A stretch of DNA of 64,000 bases from the human T2T-CHM13v2.0 reference genome, Homo sapiens, in assembly GCF_009914755.1 (NCBI RefSeq), contig NC_060925.1; one strand, given 5' to 3'. Positions 31,312 through 45,455 of the stretch are shown here, piece by piece. The notes beneath the pieces were generated by a model that had not been told where the DNA came from, did not search any database, and saw only the letters and a list, made by a program, of their open reading frames with translations. Each line of letters begins with the position of its first letter. Within the stretch, counting starts at the first letter, position 1. A program made the position numbers and the translations under genes.

Positions 31312-31318
31312 ATAGATA
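31240..31318 (+). repeat. (GATA)n tetranucleotide STR
   Basis: 12 perfect GATA units at 31263-31310 with imperfect flanking units. Confidence 0.97.
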
Positions 31319-31755
31319 TGAGGGGGTAGAGAGAAAGAGGTGAATTTTACTGTATATGATATGCTGAAGATATGAAACTTGAAATAGAGGAGAATTTGGT
31401 ACAGGGCACATCCATCTTAAACTCTGCCAAAAAAGAACCTAAGCTCTAAAGCACCCCATGCTCCCTTTCTCAGCTTCTCCCTGTTTGATACGAATTCTGT
31501 GACTCTGCTGGTCTTCCCTTGCCCACTGGAATTTTGGGCTTCTAAATACTTTGTGAATTAGGCTTTTCTCTCTTTCTCACTTGAGATCACCTCAGTCTCA
31601 ATTTCTGTTTCCCTCTTGCTCCCTCTCTCCTTTGCTCTTTTGTTACCAGCATTTCATCATTGATCTCATCTGTAGGTTCCGTATAGCCAAATACATACAT
31701 CCTCAAACACAGTTACTCACATGAGGCCTTCAGTCTCAAAAGCATTAGCATGTGG

Positions 31756-32116
<361 letters not shown>

Positions 32117-33443
32117 TCATTGATAAATACTAATTAGTGCAATAAAAGCAGAGGATCTCATTTCAAAACATGTTTGGTGACAAAGTGTAAAAGAATGCCA
32201 ATTAATTAAACTTTCATTGCATTCCACTGCTACAAACAAATTGATCTTAGTTTTGTTCTTTTGCACTTAACAAATGTTGATTTGTTGAGATTCTATTGTG
32301 GGAGAGAATCTGCCACCCTTCCCCTTCCCCAGCAATTATCCACGATTATTATGAGTGTTTAAATACCATAGCAACAGCTCCTAATTATCTACATCAGTGG
32401 GAGCGAGTAGAATTGTGGATAATCCAAAAATAATTTGCATGTGAAATACTTTTTAAACACCTGAATATTATAATAATAATATCTTAAATTGTATTATACT
32501 TTTCAATTTCCAAAACGTTCCCAACTTCTTGTAACTTTATTTCCATTTGATATGGTGCCCTCTTTTAAGTAAAGCCACCACTTCTCAAATTTTCTCTGCA
32601 ACTATGAATAGATTGTGGGTATGTGAATGAATTTGAAAGGGTTCCTCTGTTACATTGAGAACATAAAAAAAGTCACTAAGGAAAAACAACTAATGTTAGT
32701 CAGAAATGTCTCCTTCTAAGCAACGGCTGATAAAGGGGGAAATGGCAACAGTAACAACCTCAGAAGATTGCAATGGAGCTTAAATGAGTTAAAATATTTA
32801 CAGCACTTAGCCAATAACTGGCACATAGAAAGTGTTCACATGTTCGTCCAGCAAGGCTGGCCTGTGTGAGTGCTCACCAGGTGCCAGGTTGAGGCTGTAC
32901 AGTTCAACACAGATTTCAGGAAAATCATGCACCTGTCTCTTTGCAAACATAAAATCTGGAAACAGCTCACTCCTCAATGGACAATAATAATCACTGCTCT
33001 AGTTGCATATGAAATGGGAATTTTCCTAACCAGAATTTCAGCTGGAGACTCAGCCTGGGACAGTAGTCATTGCCGTGTGATCCACAAGCTATGCCATCCA
33101 TATGGACTCAGAAGAGGGGGATTTCAAAAGAATTCTGCAACCTCTAGGCTATTAGTCACCCTCCAGTCTACATAAGGGAAACAAGAGTTATAGGGAAGAA
33201 GGCCGGAAAAAGGGACTTTTTTTTGAGAGACAGTGGTTGGGGACCATGTTTCCCCCCACTCCCTCCTTTCCCAGCACATCTGACTGCCTCCTGCCCACCT
33301 GCCCTCCTGCCTTCCTGCCCTCCATCCAGCCCTTTCCAGAAAACAGCAGCCAGGTCAACTATTCACAAACAGCCCCTTCTCATCCTTTGGTATTTTTAGA
33401 TATCAGTGTTTTATAGGGATGTCTTGTTTTTCTTCCCCCCCAG

Positions 33444-33587
33444 AAAACATATCAGAAGTCAAAAGAACAAATGCAGGCTGAATTAAAAATGGACTATGAG
33501 AGTTATCTGGAACTGGAAAAGACTGTTCTTATCAACCTTGGCCTAATCAAAGTCACAGAGAAGGGGTCATACATGGAGGTGATGTAA
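33444..33587 (+). CDS. DNAI3: DNAI3/WDR63 last coding exon (KTYQKSKEQMQAELK…EKGSYMEVM*)
   Basis: cttcccccccag| acceptor, phase 0, 47 codons then TAA at 33585-33587. Confidence 0.95.
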   Translation, partial: KTYQKSKEQMQAELKMDYESYLELEKTVLINLGLIKVTEKGSYMEVM

Positions 33588-33707
33588 AAAAGCTTCCTGA
33601 AGGGGTGTTTTGGGGACTTCTTCCCTCTATTTATTTTTATGTCAGGTGAACTGGCATGCTGAACATATATATATATAGGCTCATTTATAGACTTTTATTT
33701 CCCTGCT

Positions 33708-33713
33708 ATTAAA
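33708..33713 (+). terminator. DNAI3 polyadenylation signal (ATTAAA)
   Basis: First hexamer, about 120 nt after the stop, followed by U/GU-rich sequence (TTTCAGTTTTTGTACCATGTATGT). Confidence 0.7.
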
Positions 33714-34084
33714 ACTTTTGAATTTTAGCAATGAGATCTATTTCAGTTTTTGTACCATGTATGTACCAAATTTTGTACTGAATATGAAAGTGTTCTTTTT
33801 TAATGAATGTTTTCAATAACAAAATTTGTATTTTCCTATAATAATAGAGAACTTTGGATGTCCCTTCCATCCCAATCCTTGCTGTCCACACAGAGGCCCT
33901 CATTCCAGGCAGAAGGGGAAATCAAACTGCTCCTACTTATCAGCTTGCTTTTGGCCACCTTTCCAAAAAAAGTGCTTCCCCTTGGCCACTGTACAAACTG
34001 TAGGGCCATGTGCTAAACAAAATATTAGCAAATCAAATCCAGAAATATATATATATATATATTTTAAAGAGGTTAACACATGAA

Positions 34085-34395
34085 GACAAAGTTGGGTTTA
34101 TCCAAGGAAGATAAGGTTAATTTAAGAGTAGAAAATAAATCAGTGATTAATCAAAAGAGAGAAATTATGATGCCAAGTCGATGCAGAAAAACATTTCATA
34201 AAAGTTGACATCAATTCATGATAATAATGATACATTCTTGGCATCTACAGAAAGAATTCCTGTAATGTGATGAAGGGCGTGTAAAACAATACTACACCAA
34301 ACATGGTACTTCATGGTGACAAGCAGAAAGCTTTCCCCTGAGATGTGGAACAAGACACAGCTCACACCATCAGGTGCCTGACATCATGTACTGCA
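34085..34395 (+). mobile_element. Ancient L1 ORF2 (RT region) fragment
   Basis: GATGCAGAAAAACATTTCATAAAAGTTGACATCAATTCATGATA and GAAAGCTTTCCCCTGAGATGTGGAACAAGACA match L1 RT 'DAEKAFDKIQ' and 'AFPLKTGTRQG' coding DNA. Confidence 0.65.
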
Positions 34396-34462
34396 GTTGC
34401 CTTTTTGTTCCCATGCTGTTTAAGCCTAGCATAGGCACCAAAAAGCAACAACAGTATGTGAA
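34383..34462 (+). ncRNA. MIR4423: microRNA hairpin MIR4423 (5p 34395-34416 AGUUGCCUUUUUGUUCCCAUGC; 3p 34431-34451 AUAGGCACCAAAAAGCAACAA)
   Basis: The arms pair (GTTGC-TTTTTG…ATGC with GCAT…CAAAAAGCAAC). Sequence recognised as hsa-mir-4423, known to lie just downstream of WDR63. Confidence 0.92.
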
Positions 34463-35089
34463 ACTGAGACACAAAAGAGCTTGGAGCCAGATTGTGAAGG
34501 CTCCTGTTTACCAAGCTAAGGAGCTGGATTAGAATTTATGGGGAATGAATGGAAGGTCTAAACAGGAAGTTGACCCAATCAGCTTTATTTTTAGGAAACA
34601 AGGAATGAACTAGAGCAGGGGAGAGTCTCATGGCAAGAAATCCTATTAGGAGGCAGGAGGAATTGTTCAGGGCAAAGGATTAGGATGCCCTGTACTAAAG
34701 CTTAATGTGAAGATAGAAATCAAAGGCTGGTTGGATGGGGAAGGGAAGACAAAGGATAATACCAAGGTTTATAAGTTAGATTGCTAGAGGAAAGAAAACT
34801 TTGTCGGATAGATTTTAGCTCTTAACCACCTGTGTGCCCTTGAACAGATGACCCAGCTCTGTGAAACAGATTCCCCTTCCATCAAGTCAGGTTGAGAGAA
34901 CTTAACTTGCAGCATTTATGTAAGGGGCAAATGAGCCCCTGCAGATAAGGGGCCTGTGCCTGGCACATATTATTGTCATCATGATTGAAATATCCCAGGG
35001 CTCATCCTTACACTTGAACTTCTTTTATTCTTTCTTTTTTCTGCACTCACTTTCTAGGTGCATGCATCCACTCTCAAGGCTTTAGATAC

Positions 35090-35815
35090 TACCTCTGTCC
35101 CTGACCTGGCCTTCTCTCTAAAATCAAGAGATGTGTATCTATTTGACCTTTTGTATCTCCACTTGGATGTTTAATAGGCATCTCAAACTTAAACATGTCC
35201 AAAATTGAGTGCTTGATGTTTCCCTTCAAAAACCATTCCTCCAGCAGTCCTCCCAGCCATGATGCTGCTTGGGGCAAAATCCTTAAGGTCATCCTTCATC
35301 TCCTTTCTTTCACAATCCACATCCAATCTGTCAGCAAGTCCTGTTGACTACACGTTCAGTATGCATGTGAAACCTGATCGCTTCTCTTCTCCCTCACTGC
35401 TACCACCATGGTCCAAGCTGCATCATCATCAGCTTGGATTTTGCAGCAGCCTCCTGTTCTCCCTGTTTCTATGTTGTCATTTTCAGTCACTTTCAGCCAC
35501 AGCCAGATGGTAGTTTTAAATGGATGCTGTCAGATGCTGTCATCCTTCTGCCCAGAATCCTTCCTCAACCTCATAGTATGATCACTCAGAGTATGTTCCC
35601 AATGCCTGTCTGTGCCCTGCAAGCCCTTGTACAGGCAGGCCTTCCACTGTCACCTGGTCCCATCCCTCCTTCCTCTCCCCTCCATCACACCCATCCCAGT
35701 CATGCTGGCCTCCTGTTCACCAAACATGCCAGGCATCTTCCTCTCCCTGGGCATCTGTGCTTGCTGTTCAGTACTTTCTCCAGAGATTTTTCTAATTTTA
35801 TTTTCACGAGTTCAC
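35090..35815 (+). mobile_element. L2 fragment
   Basis: CTCCACTTGGATGTTTAATAGGCATCTCAAACTTAAACATGTCCAAAA, an L2 hallmark. Confidence 0.8.
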
Positions 35816-35826
35816 TCTAAAAAATG

Positions 35827-35990
35827 GTTTGTTTGTTTTTAAAGACAGGGCCTCACTCAGTTGCACAGGCTGGAGTGCAGTGATGCAATCATAGCTCACT
35901 GCAGCCTCAAGCTGTTGGGCTTAAGCAATCCTCTTGCCTCAGGCTCCTGAGTAGCTAGGACTACAGACACATACCACCACACCTGACTTT
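35827..35990 (-). mobile_element. AluJ right arm/FRAM
   Basis: Reverse monomer. Confidence 0.82.
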
Positions 35991-36469
35991 AAAAAAATAT
36001 ATTGAATGCCTTCTATGTGCCAGGGTCTACCATTTTAAACAGGATGGTCAGGGAAGGTGACACTTGAACAAGGCCTGAAAGAGGTGAGGGGTTTCACCTG
36101 TAGTCTTCTAGAAGTGTGTTCCATAACCCAGTCTCCCTCTCTTCAATGAAAAGAAGCTGGGACTACAGAGAACAGGTGTGTCATAACTGAGTGTCATAAA
36201 CCATGACTGGAGGCTGAGCACATTGTTGTCTCAAATAAAAGCAGGGTGTTGTTAGCATAAAGGACTGGAGTAATGGATATTGAATAAGTGTCTGCCTTAG
36301 GGTTAGCAAATATAAAGCTTAGTATAGTGGCTAGCATACGGCAAGCAGTAAATATGTTTTGCCTGATTTACAAATACAAAATGGTTGTAACATTCTTGCT
36401 ATAGAAACTAAACATGGGGCTCCTTATGGTTATGATAGCAGTTATTATTAGTTCAGTGTGATTTTTGTC

Positions 36470-36790
<321 letters not shown>

Positions 36791-37852
36791 GTGTGGTGTT
36801 TTCATTGTGTGTTTATAACCTCAGTTTTCCTGAGTCTCATCACCTGTGGCCACCGAGAGGACACATAAGCAGCCATAGCCCAGGTTTCATGGGACCTTGG
36901 CCCACTTGCTTCTCAGGTATGCTAGCCTTCTGCAGAGTGCCCCCAAGTGTGTCCAGTGGCCACTGGGATGAAGATGGAGTCACATATGTTCAAGCCCACA
37001 ACCACCAGGCACTCAGGGATCCCTTCTCTCAAAATGCTAGAGCTGCCTAATGGCCTGTAACGTGGGGGAAGGTGCTGGGACAATGCTTCTGGGTTAGTTC
37101 AAGTTCAGCGAGAAGCAAACACCAAGGCAGTAGCAGAGGTGCAAGAAGCAAGGCAGAGCCTTCAGAGCTCATGCAGGTCTGGTACCTATGGAAGAAAAGA
37201 GGAAAGGACAGAAGATGATACGATTCATCTCAGACCACTCAGCGTGGTTTAATTATTCATGATACCTCTCTTGGACACTAAGACTTTGAAACAGACAAAC
37301 TCATAGTGATGTCTCTTCCTTCTCTGGGATGAGTTTTCTCTGAGGCTCTTCAACCCCTTAAGCTAAGGTCCTTTTGTTTGGCCCAGAACTTCCATTTGGC
37401 AGACAAGGCCAGGCATGCTGAATCCCAGTAAAGAACACAGCTGAGCCTCAAGCGAGGATGCTAACCACCAGTACTAAAGATGTAGGAATATCAGGTGTGA
37501 ATGCAAATAGAGTTAACTGGTATGCCTCCTTCCAATCCCCACAGCTCCAACCCTTTCCCCTACCACCCATTGTGAGTCGATCTGATCTTCTGACCTTAAG
37601 TCATTTGGTCTGGTCTACAGTGTAGTGAAAAGACAGGGGTCTTTAGGTCCTGGCAGACCTGAGTCCAAATCCCATCTTCATCACCTTGGGCAAACTGCAC
37701 TATCCCCTAAGTCTTAGATGCCTTGTCTGTAAATGGGGATAATAATAATACCTAGCCTACCCCATACAAAGACAATGTATATAAAGCACCTGGAATATAG
37801 TTGGCGCTTAATGAATGTTGTTGCCTGTTCTTGCTTGGTCACAGGTGTATGT

Positions 37853-37886
37853 GCACACACAGACACACACACACACACACACACAC
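37853..37886. repeat. (CA)n microsatellite
   Basis: Visible CA tract with one GA interruption. Confidence 0.9.
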
Positions 37887-38149
37887 CAGAGAAACGTAGT
37901 GTTTCCTCTTTGTTCTATGTAGTAATCTCTGATTTTAACTTTTTGTTGCCACTAATAATAACAGGAATGTTTCCCAGACTCAAATGCAACTTAAGCAGTG
38001 ACTGTCCATGCCTGGTTTAATATTAGCCTTTGATCATCTTAATATGAGACCACAAGTGTTGGACATACTATTTAACATAAAATTTAAATAAATTTGAACA
38101 GCTTTCCTTTTTGCAGAACTGATAATGCTACTCAGAAAATTGATCATTC

Positions 38150-38760
38150 TAATATTTGATTAATTTCAATTAAATTTAATGATCATTCAGCTTTACAAAT
38201 TGCTTTTTATCCGCCAAGAAACATGTAATTAAACCAGCATATTTTCAGGTCCTCAGATAAGCACATCGTGTGTGTGCACTTCAGATGAAAAGGCAATTAA
38301 CTCCAGTTGGATGGTGGCCTAGGTGCTCTTCACGGCTTCACTAATCCAGCACTGTAAATAATTAACATCTCCCTGCACCCTTCTACCTTGGAGTGCTGCC
38401 CAGGGTCGGCGCTGCTCCACCGGGTTGCTAAGTTGCCATTGCCAGGGCAGATCTGTGCAACTGAGCAAGGTCCTCACAACGGAAATTAAATATCTCAGTG
38501 AAGGGCTGATGAACCCCTGTGTGGTCAATTTCCTCCTGCCATGGCTGATCAGCTCTCTGCGGGCACGGGCTCATGTGAAACAGCACACACTGTCAGAGCA
38601 GAACCCTGCACACCAGCAAAACCAGCCTTGGGAGCTTATTGGGAAACGATGGATTTTTAAAAGTTGTGTAATTGCTTTTAAATGCTTTCTTGTTAACAAA
38701 TATGACATAAAAAGCATAGACGGTGAGTATGACAGATAATATAGGTTGTGTTTTTCTACA
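38150..38760. promoter_or_regulatory. Candidate enhancer (repeat-free island with RFX, homeobox, E-box and GATA motifs)
   Basis: GTTGCTAAG, GTTGCCA and ATTGCCAGGGCAGA at 38424-38451; TAATTA, CAGATG, CAGTTG, AGATAAG; retained CpGs. Motif-based only. Confidence 0.35.
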
Positions 38761-39012
38761 ATGCCAATGCTCCAAACTTAAAAAGACAGAAAATAAGCTT
38801 TCCCAAACTCATCTGTATATGTGATATTCTGAGATGTTTTTATTCTTTTTTTTCTTAAGAAAAGGAAGAAAGTTGTAAAATAGAAGATTTCACATTCTTC
38901 CCTGTCAACTAGAGATGCATTTTCCAGTACTTTTTAGGAACCATATTTTTAAGAATAATAATTCCCTTTAGAGAAAAAAAAAACTTTAGAAAATAATGCT
39001 AAGTAAAATCTA

Positions 39013-39342
<330 letters not shown>

Positions 39343-39443
39343 GAAAAGAAAGTGTCTACTTTATTTCAGCCTTTGTAAAAAAGCTAAATTAACAATTGAA
39401 TTGATACCAATTGTTCATTTATAGTGAAGTTTGTATGGATCTA

Positions 39444-39764
<321 letters not shown>

Positions 39765-40248
39765 TCATTATTTTCTAGTTCTGCAATGAACATTTATGAC
39801 AACAAAAGACAAATAAGCAACTTTTTATTAAGGAGTTATCATCATGTGTAGAACCAAATTCAAGGTCCATCCAAATGTCAGAATTCATGTCTGCAGGACT
39901 GACAGTAATGACTGATGGTCATCAGTATAAAGACAGCTCATCTCAAGCTTTGTAATGTTGGGTAAATAACCTTTCTGATTCATTTCTTCATCCAACAAAT
40001 GGGGATAATAACTCCCACTGCATGGAATTATAAAGATTAAATAAGATAAAACATATGAAAGCACTTTGTAAAGTCTAAGTGGTTTAAAAAAATATGTAAA
40101 ATATATATTAAAATATTTTACATAGATGCTGAACTCCTTTGGGATTCTGAGGTCACTTTTGAATTATCAAAGGAAGTTTAATTATATTTATTGTAGTATA
40201 TTTTTATTACATTGTAATTCCTGATAGTGTTTAATTAACAGTCAGCTT

Positions 40249-40376
40249 GGCCTGGCTTGGTGGCTCATGCCTGTAATCCCAGCACTTTGGGTGGCCGAGG
40301 CAGGCAGATCACCTGAAGTCAGGAGTTCAACACTAGCCTGGCCAACATGGTGAAAACTTGTACCTACTAAAAAAAC
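40249..40376 (+). mobile_element. Alu left arm only
   Basis: Ends at the A-rich linker. Confidence 0.85.
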
Positions 40377-40916
40377 AGCTAACCAAGATATCCATTCTCT
40401 TACCCTACTAGATGAATAATTTACATGTATTTGTAGCTAATTAGTTTAATAGTTATGTGGGTCCTCTCAGCAGATGAGAATAGGAAAAAAATAAAAAATA
40501 AAAACAAATGGATCTTAAAGTCTGAAACTTAGAAAAAGGGAAAAATATTAGACCTGGTCGTATGAAAGCCACTTGTTTAAAAGGCAGGATGACATTCTGT
40601 ATGTTCCTTTCAACCCATCCATGTCAAGTAGGGAACCATGTAGCCATTACTCAATCATACATTTTATTTTTTAAGACTGTTGGAATTTTGTCTGCATTTC
40701 TCTAACAGGCACCTTAGCATCAGGAGAGGGCAAACTCCAGAAAAACACCTGGGCTATAAGTAGGGAGTACTTGTGAGGTGTCTAGTTCTCAGAAATGATA
40801 TGCTGTAGACAGAATTTGAAATAAAAAAACTGCATCAGTTCATTATGAGAATCTCAATTTTAATTGATTGAGAGTAACAGAAAATCTGGACAGGGAGGAA
40901 GATGGCAGAAACCACT

Positions 40917-41240
40917 TGTGCTGGTCAAATATCCACGTGTACCTCTGCATTTACCAGCCTCCTTTGCAGTCAGATTGGAGCCTTTAACCGAATCCTAGCC
41001 AACAGGATGTGGGTGGAAGTGACGGAAGCCACTCCAGGCCTGACTTTAACTCATCTCATGAAACCTTCCAACTTCATCTCCCCATGCTATGTGTTCCAGA
41101 GGCCATAATTTACAAAGTAGAGAAAAGTTTCTCATTCTGTATCAGACTTTTCACAAGCAGGTGATAACCCTTTATCATATTAAACCACCGAGACTTCAGG
41201 GTTTATTTGTTATGCCATTAGCTAAGCCCATCCTGATGAA
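40917..41240 (+). mobile_element. MLT1-family MaLR LTR fragment
   Basis: CCAGCCTCCTTTGCAGTCAG…AGCCAACAGGATGTGGGTGGAAGTGAC…TAAACCACCGAGACTTCAGGGTTTATTTGTTA. Confidence 0.6.
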
Positions 41241-41904
41241 CCCGGGCAGACTAGAGAGCACGCCGTCTTACTAGAACAGGTGTGCCCAACTCTCAGTTGG
41301 AACCCAGGATTTGAACTTAAATCTATGCACTGTTAATAAGACACCAGGAAAATTAAAAAGCCAAAGACATCAAAAGGAAAAAAACCTTTCCTGAATTGAA
41401 AATACCTGCGTCTACAGATTGAACGAGCATAAAATATTCTAAGCAAATTCCAAATTATGCAGTAAGTGGGTGAATTGAGATTTACATATCACTCCAAATC
41501 CTATGCTTTTAAATTCTCAGCACTGAAGCCGCAGTGGTCATTTAAAAATCAGGCCTGAAATCCATCACTTCCCTGCTCACAACATTTCAATGGCTCCTCC
41601 TTGCCTCGGGGATTGGGTCTAATCTCTTTGCCTTCCTGTGGCATGGCCCTACTTGCTTGTAAACTCATCTCTTACAGCCTTGCTCTCCCCTACTTCTGCT
41701 CTAGCCATTTCACTCCATGCTGTTCTCCACACATGCTATATCCTCTCACCTCTGCTTCCTTGAAAATGATATTCCCTTTCCCTGGATAAAAAGCTACCAA
41801 AAATTCAAAAATGGTCTATGAATTAGTATGTTATGCAGCACAACAGCATCTATACACATTTGAAAAAGTATTCACATATAGTCCTCCTATGGAAAAATGA
41901 ACAG

Positions 41905-43075
41905 TGCTCCAGGCAACCAAAGTAAATATAGACTAAATGGGATTACATCAAGCTAAAAAGCTTCACAGAGCGAAGGAAGCAGTCAGCAAAGTGAAGAGAC
42001 AACCCACAGAATGGGAGAAAATATTTGCAAATTACCAATCTGACAAAAGATTAATAACCAGAATATATAAGGAGCTCAAACTACTGAATAGCAAAAGAAC
42101 AATCGGATTAAAAAATGGGCAAAATATCTGAATAGGCATTTCTCAAAAGATGACAAATCCAACAGGTATATGAAAAAATGATCAACATCACTAATCATCA
42201 GAGTAATGCAAATCAAAACCACAATGAAATAGCATTTCACCCCAGTTAATGTGGCTTTTATCAAAAAGACAGGCAATAATGAATGCTGGCAAAGATGTAG
42301 AGAAAGAAGAACTACGCTGCTGGTGGGAATGTAAATTAGTACAACCACTGTGGAGAACAGTTTGGAGGTTCCTCAAAAGACTGAAAATAGAACTACCATA
42401 TGATCCAGCAATTCCACCACTGGGTAGATCCTGAAAAGGAAGGAAATCAATATATCAAAGAGACATCTGCACTCCCATGTTTATTGCAGCCGTATTCACA
42501 ACAGCCAAAACATGGAATCAACCTAAGTGCCTATCGACAGATGACTGGATAAAGAAAATGTGGTACACACAGTGGAATATTATTTAGCCATAAAAGAGAA
42601 TGAAATCTTGCCACTTGCATCAACATGGATGGAACTTGAGGTTATGTTAAATGAAATAAAACAAGCACAGAAAAATATCACATGTACTAGTTCATTTGTG
42701 GGGGCTAAAAACGTGGATCTCATGAAGATGGAGAACAGATTGGTTGTTACCAGAGTCCAGGAAGGTGAGGGGGTGGTATGGGTGAAGAGAAGTTGATTAA
42801 TGGGTACAAATATATGGTTTGATAGAAAAAATAAGACCTAGTGTTCAATAGATTAGTGGGGTGACTATAGTCAATAAAATCTATCGTAGATTTCAAAATA
42901 GCTGGAAGAGAATAATGTTTCTGGCATAAAGAAAAGACAAATATTTAAGGTGATGGATATTCCACGTGTACTGATTAATCTTTACAAACTACATAAATGT
43001 ATTAAATGATCATATGTACCCTGAAACTACGTACATCTATGTGCATCAGTAGAAATTTTTGTTTAAAAATAATAA
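41905..43075 (+). mobile_element. L1MA 3' end (ORF2 C-terminus and 3' UTR)
   Basis: ORFs 41937-42131 and 42249-42434 give L1 ORF2 peptides ([14 protein letters not shown]; [12 protein letters not shown]). Confidence 0.92.
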
Positions 43076-43247
43076 AGAGTGCTTATAAGAATTTGTTTAG
43101 AGATTATAAAAGGAATTGATCATGTGATATTAATAGCTTTAAAAGTCACATAGAGAAATATCTGAATCATAGTCTGGGCTTTGGAGTCAGAATTTTGAGC
43201 ACTCAGCCACTTACAGCTTCAATCATTTAACCATGATGAGCTTCTGC

Positions 43248-44152
<905 letters not shown>

Positions 44153-44288
44153 ACCACTTCACATGGCTCTTGTGAGGATAAACTGAGACAGAATATATAA
44201 AATGCCCATTACATCGTCTGAAACATAGTAGATCCTCAGTAAATATTAGTTATTATACCTATAATGTGTCAATAACCGCTTCCATCTG

Positions 44289-44501
44289 CACATTGCCTTT
44301 TCCTCTTCTATAGTCAAATCTCCATTTGCCTCTCTTTCAGCAGAATCCCTGTGACTAAATTTAGGGCTCATCTAGATAATCCGGGACAATCTCCCCCTCA
44401 ATATCCTTAGCTTAATTAAATCTATCAAATCCTTTTTGCTCTATAAGGTAACATTCACAGGTTCCAGAGATTAGGGCATGAATCTCTTTGGGGCCATTAT
44501 T
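44289..44501 (-). mobile_element. MLT1C-like LTR partial copy
   Basis: ATAAGGTAACATTCACAGGTTCCAGAGATTAGGGCATG; similar to 45235-45444. Confidence 0.75.
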
Positions 44502-45012
44502 TGGGAAATTACCTCCCAAATAGTCGGTTTATTTCTTTCTACTTTGTTCCAGGAAAGATGATAAGGAAGTATAGTGTATCCTTGCCTTTAATACATACAA
44601 TCCAGTAGACACAATAAGCTGTGTACTCAAATACCTAGAACAGAAAACAGGAAATAAGTGCTATGTGTCTTAAAAATTGATAAAGGTGAAAAAAAAAAAA
44701 GCCTATAAATAGCAGAAACCTCTAGAGAGTGGGATTACAGATTCAGGACCGTATCAAAGCAAGGCCCTAGGAGTTTGGTGCAGCTAGAGTGCCGGCGGGG
44801 AGGGCAAAAAGCAGGTGAGTTGAGTTAAACCAACCCCTACTTATATAATGAAAGACTATTAGAAACTCATTGTTTATCACCAGTTTTACATATATAACTT
44901 TGTTTTGATGTCTGCAAACTACTGGGAAGAAAAGCAATTAAAAAGAACAATAACAAGCAACAAATTGAAAAAAAAAAGCAAAATTAATTACAGAACATTG
45001 TGAATAGAGCTC

Positions 45013-45455
45013 TGTATTCATTTCCTGACAGACTACCATGAACTCTGTACCTTAAAACAAGAGAAATTTGTTCTCTCACAGTTCTAGAGACCAGAAGTTT
45101 GAAACCAGCAAAACCAGCAGGGCTAGTTCCATCTGGAAGCTCCAATGGAGAGAGACCCCTTCCTTGCCTCCTCCAACTTACTGTGGGCATTTGCTGGCTC
45201 GTAGCTGCATCACTCTAATCTCTGCTTCCACCTACACATTGCCTTCTCCTCTTCTTTAGTCAAATCTCCCCTTGCCTCCCTTTCAGAAGAACTCCTGTGA
45301 CTACATTTAGGCCCCATCTAGATAATCCAGGAAAATCTCCCCATCTCAAAATCCTTAACTTAATCTGTCAAATCCTTTTTGCCGCATAAGGTAACATTCA
45401 CAGGTTCCAGGGATTAGGGCATGGACGGCTTTGGGACCATTATTCAGGCTCCTAC
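45013..45455 (-). mobile_element. MLT1C-like MaLR LTR
   Basis: TTAAAACAAGAGAAATTTGTTCTCTCACAGTTCTAGAG…GGGACCATTATTCAGGCTCCTACA. Confidence 0.8.
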
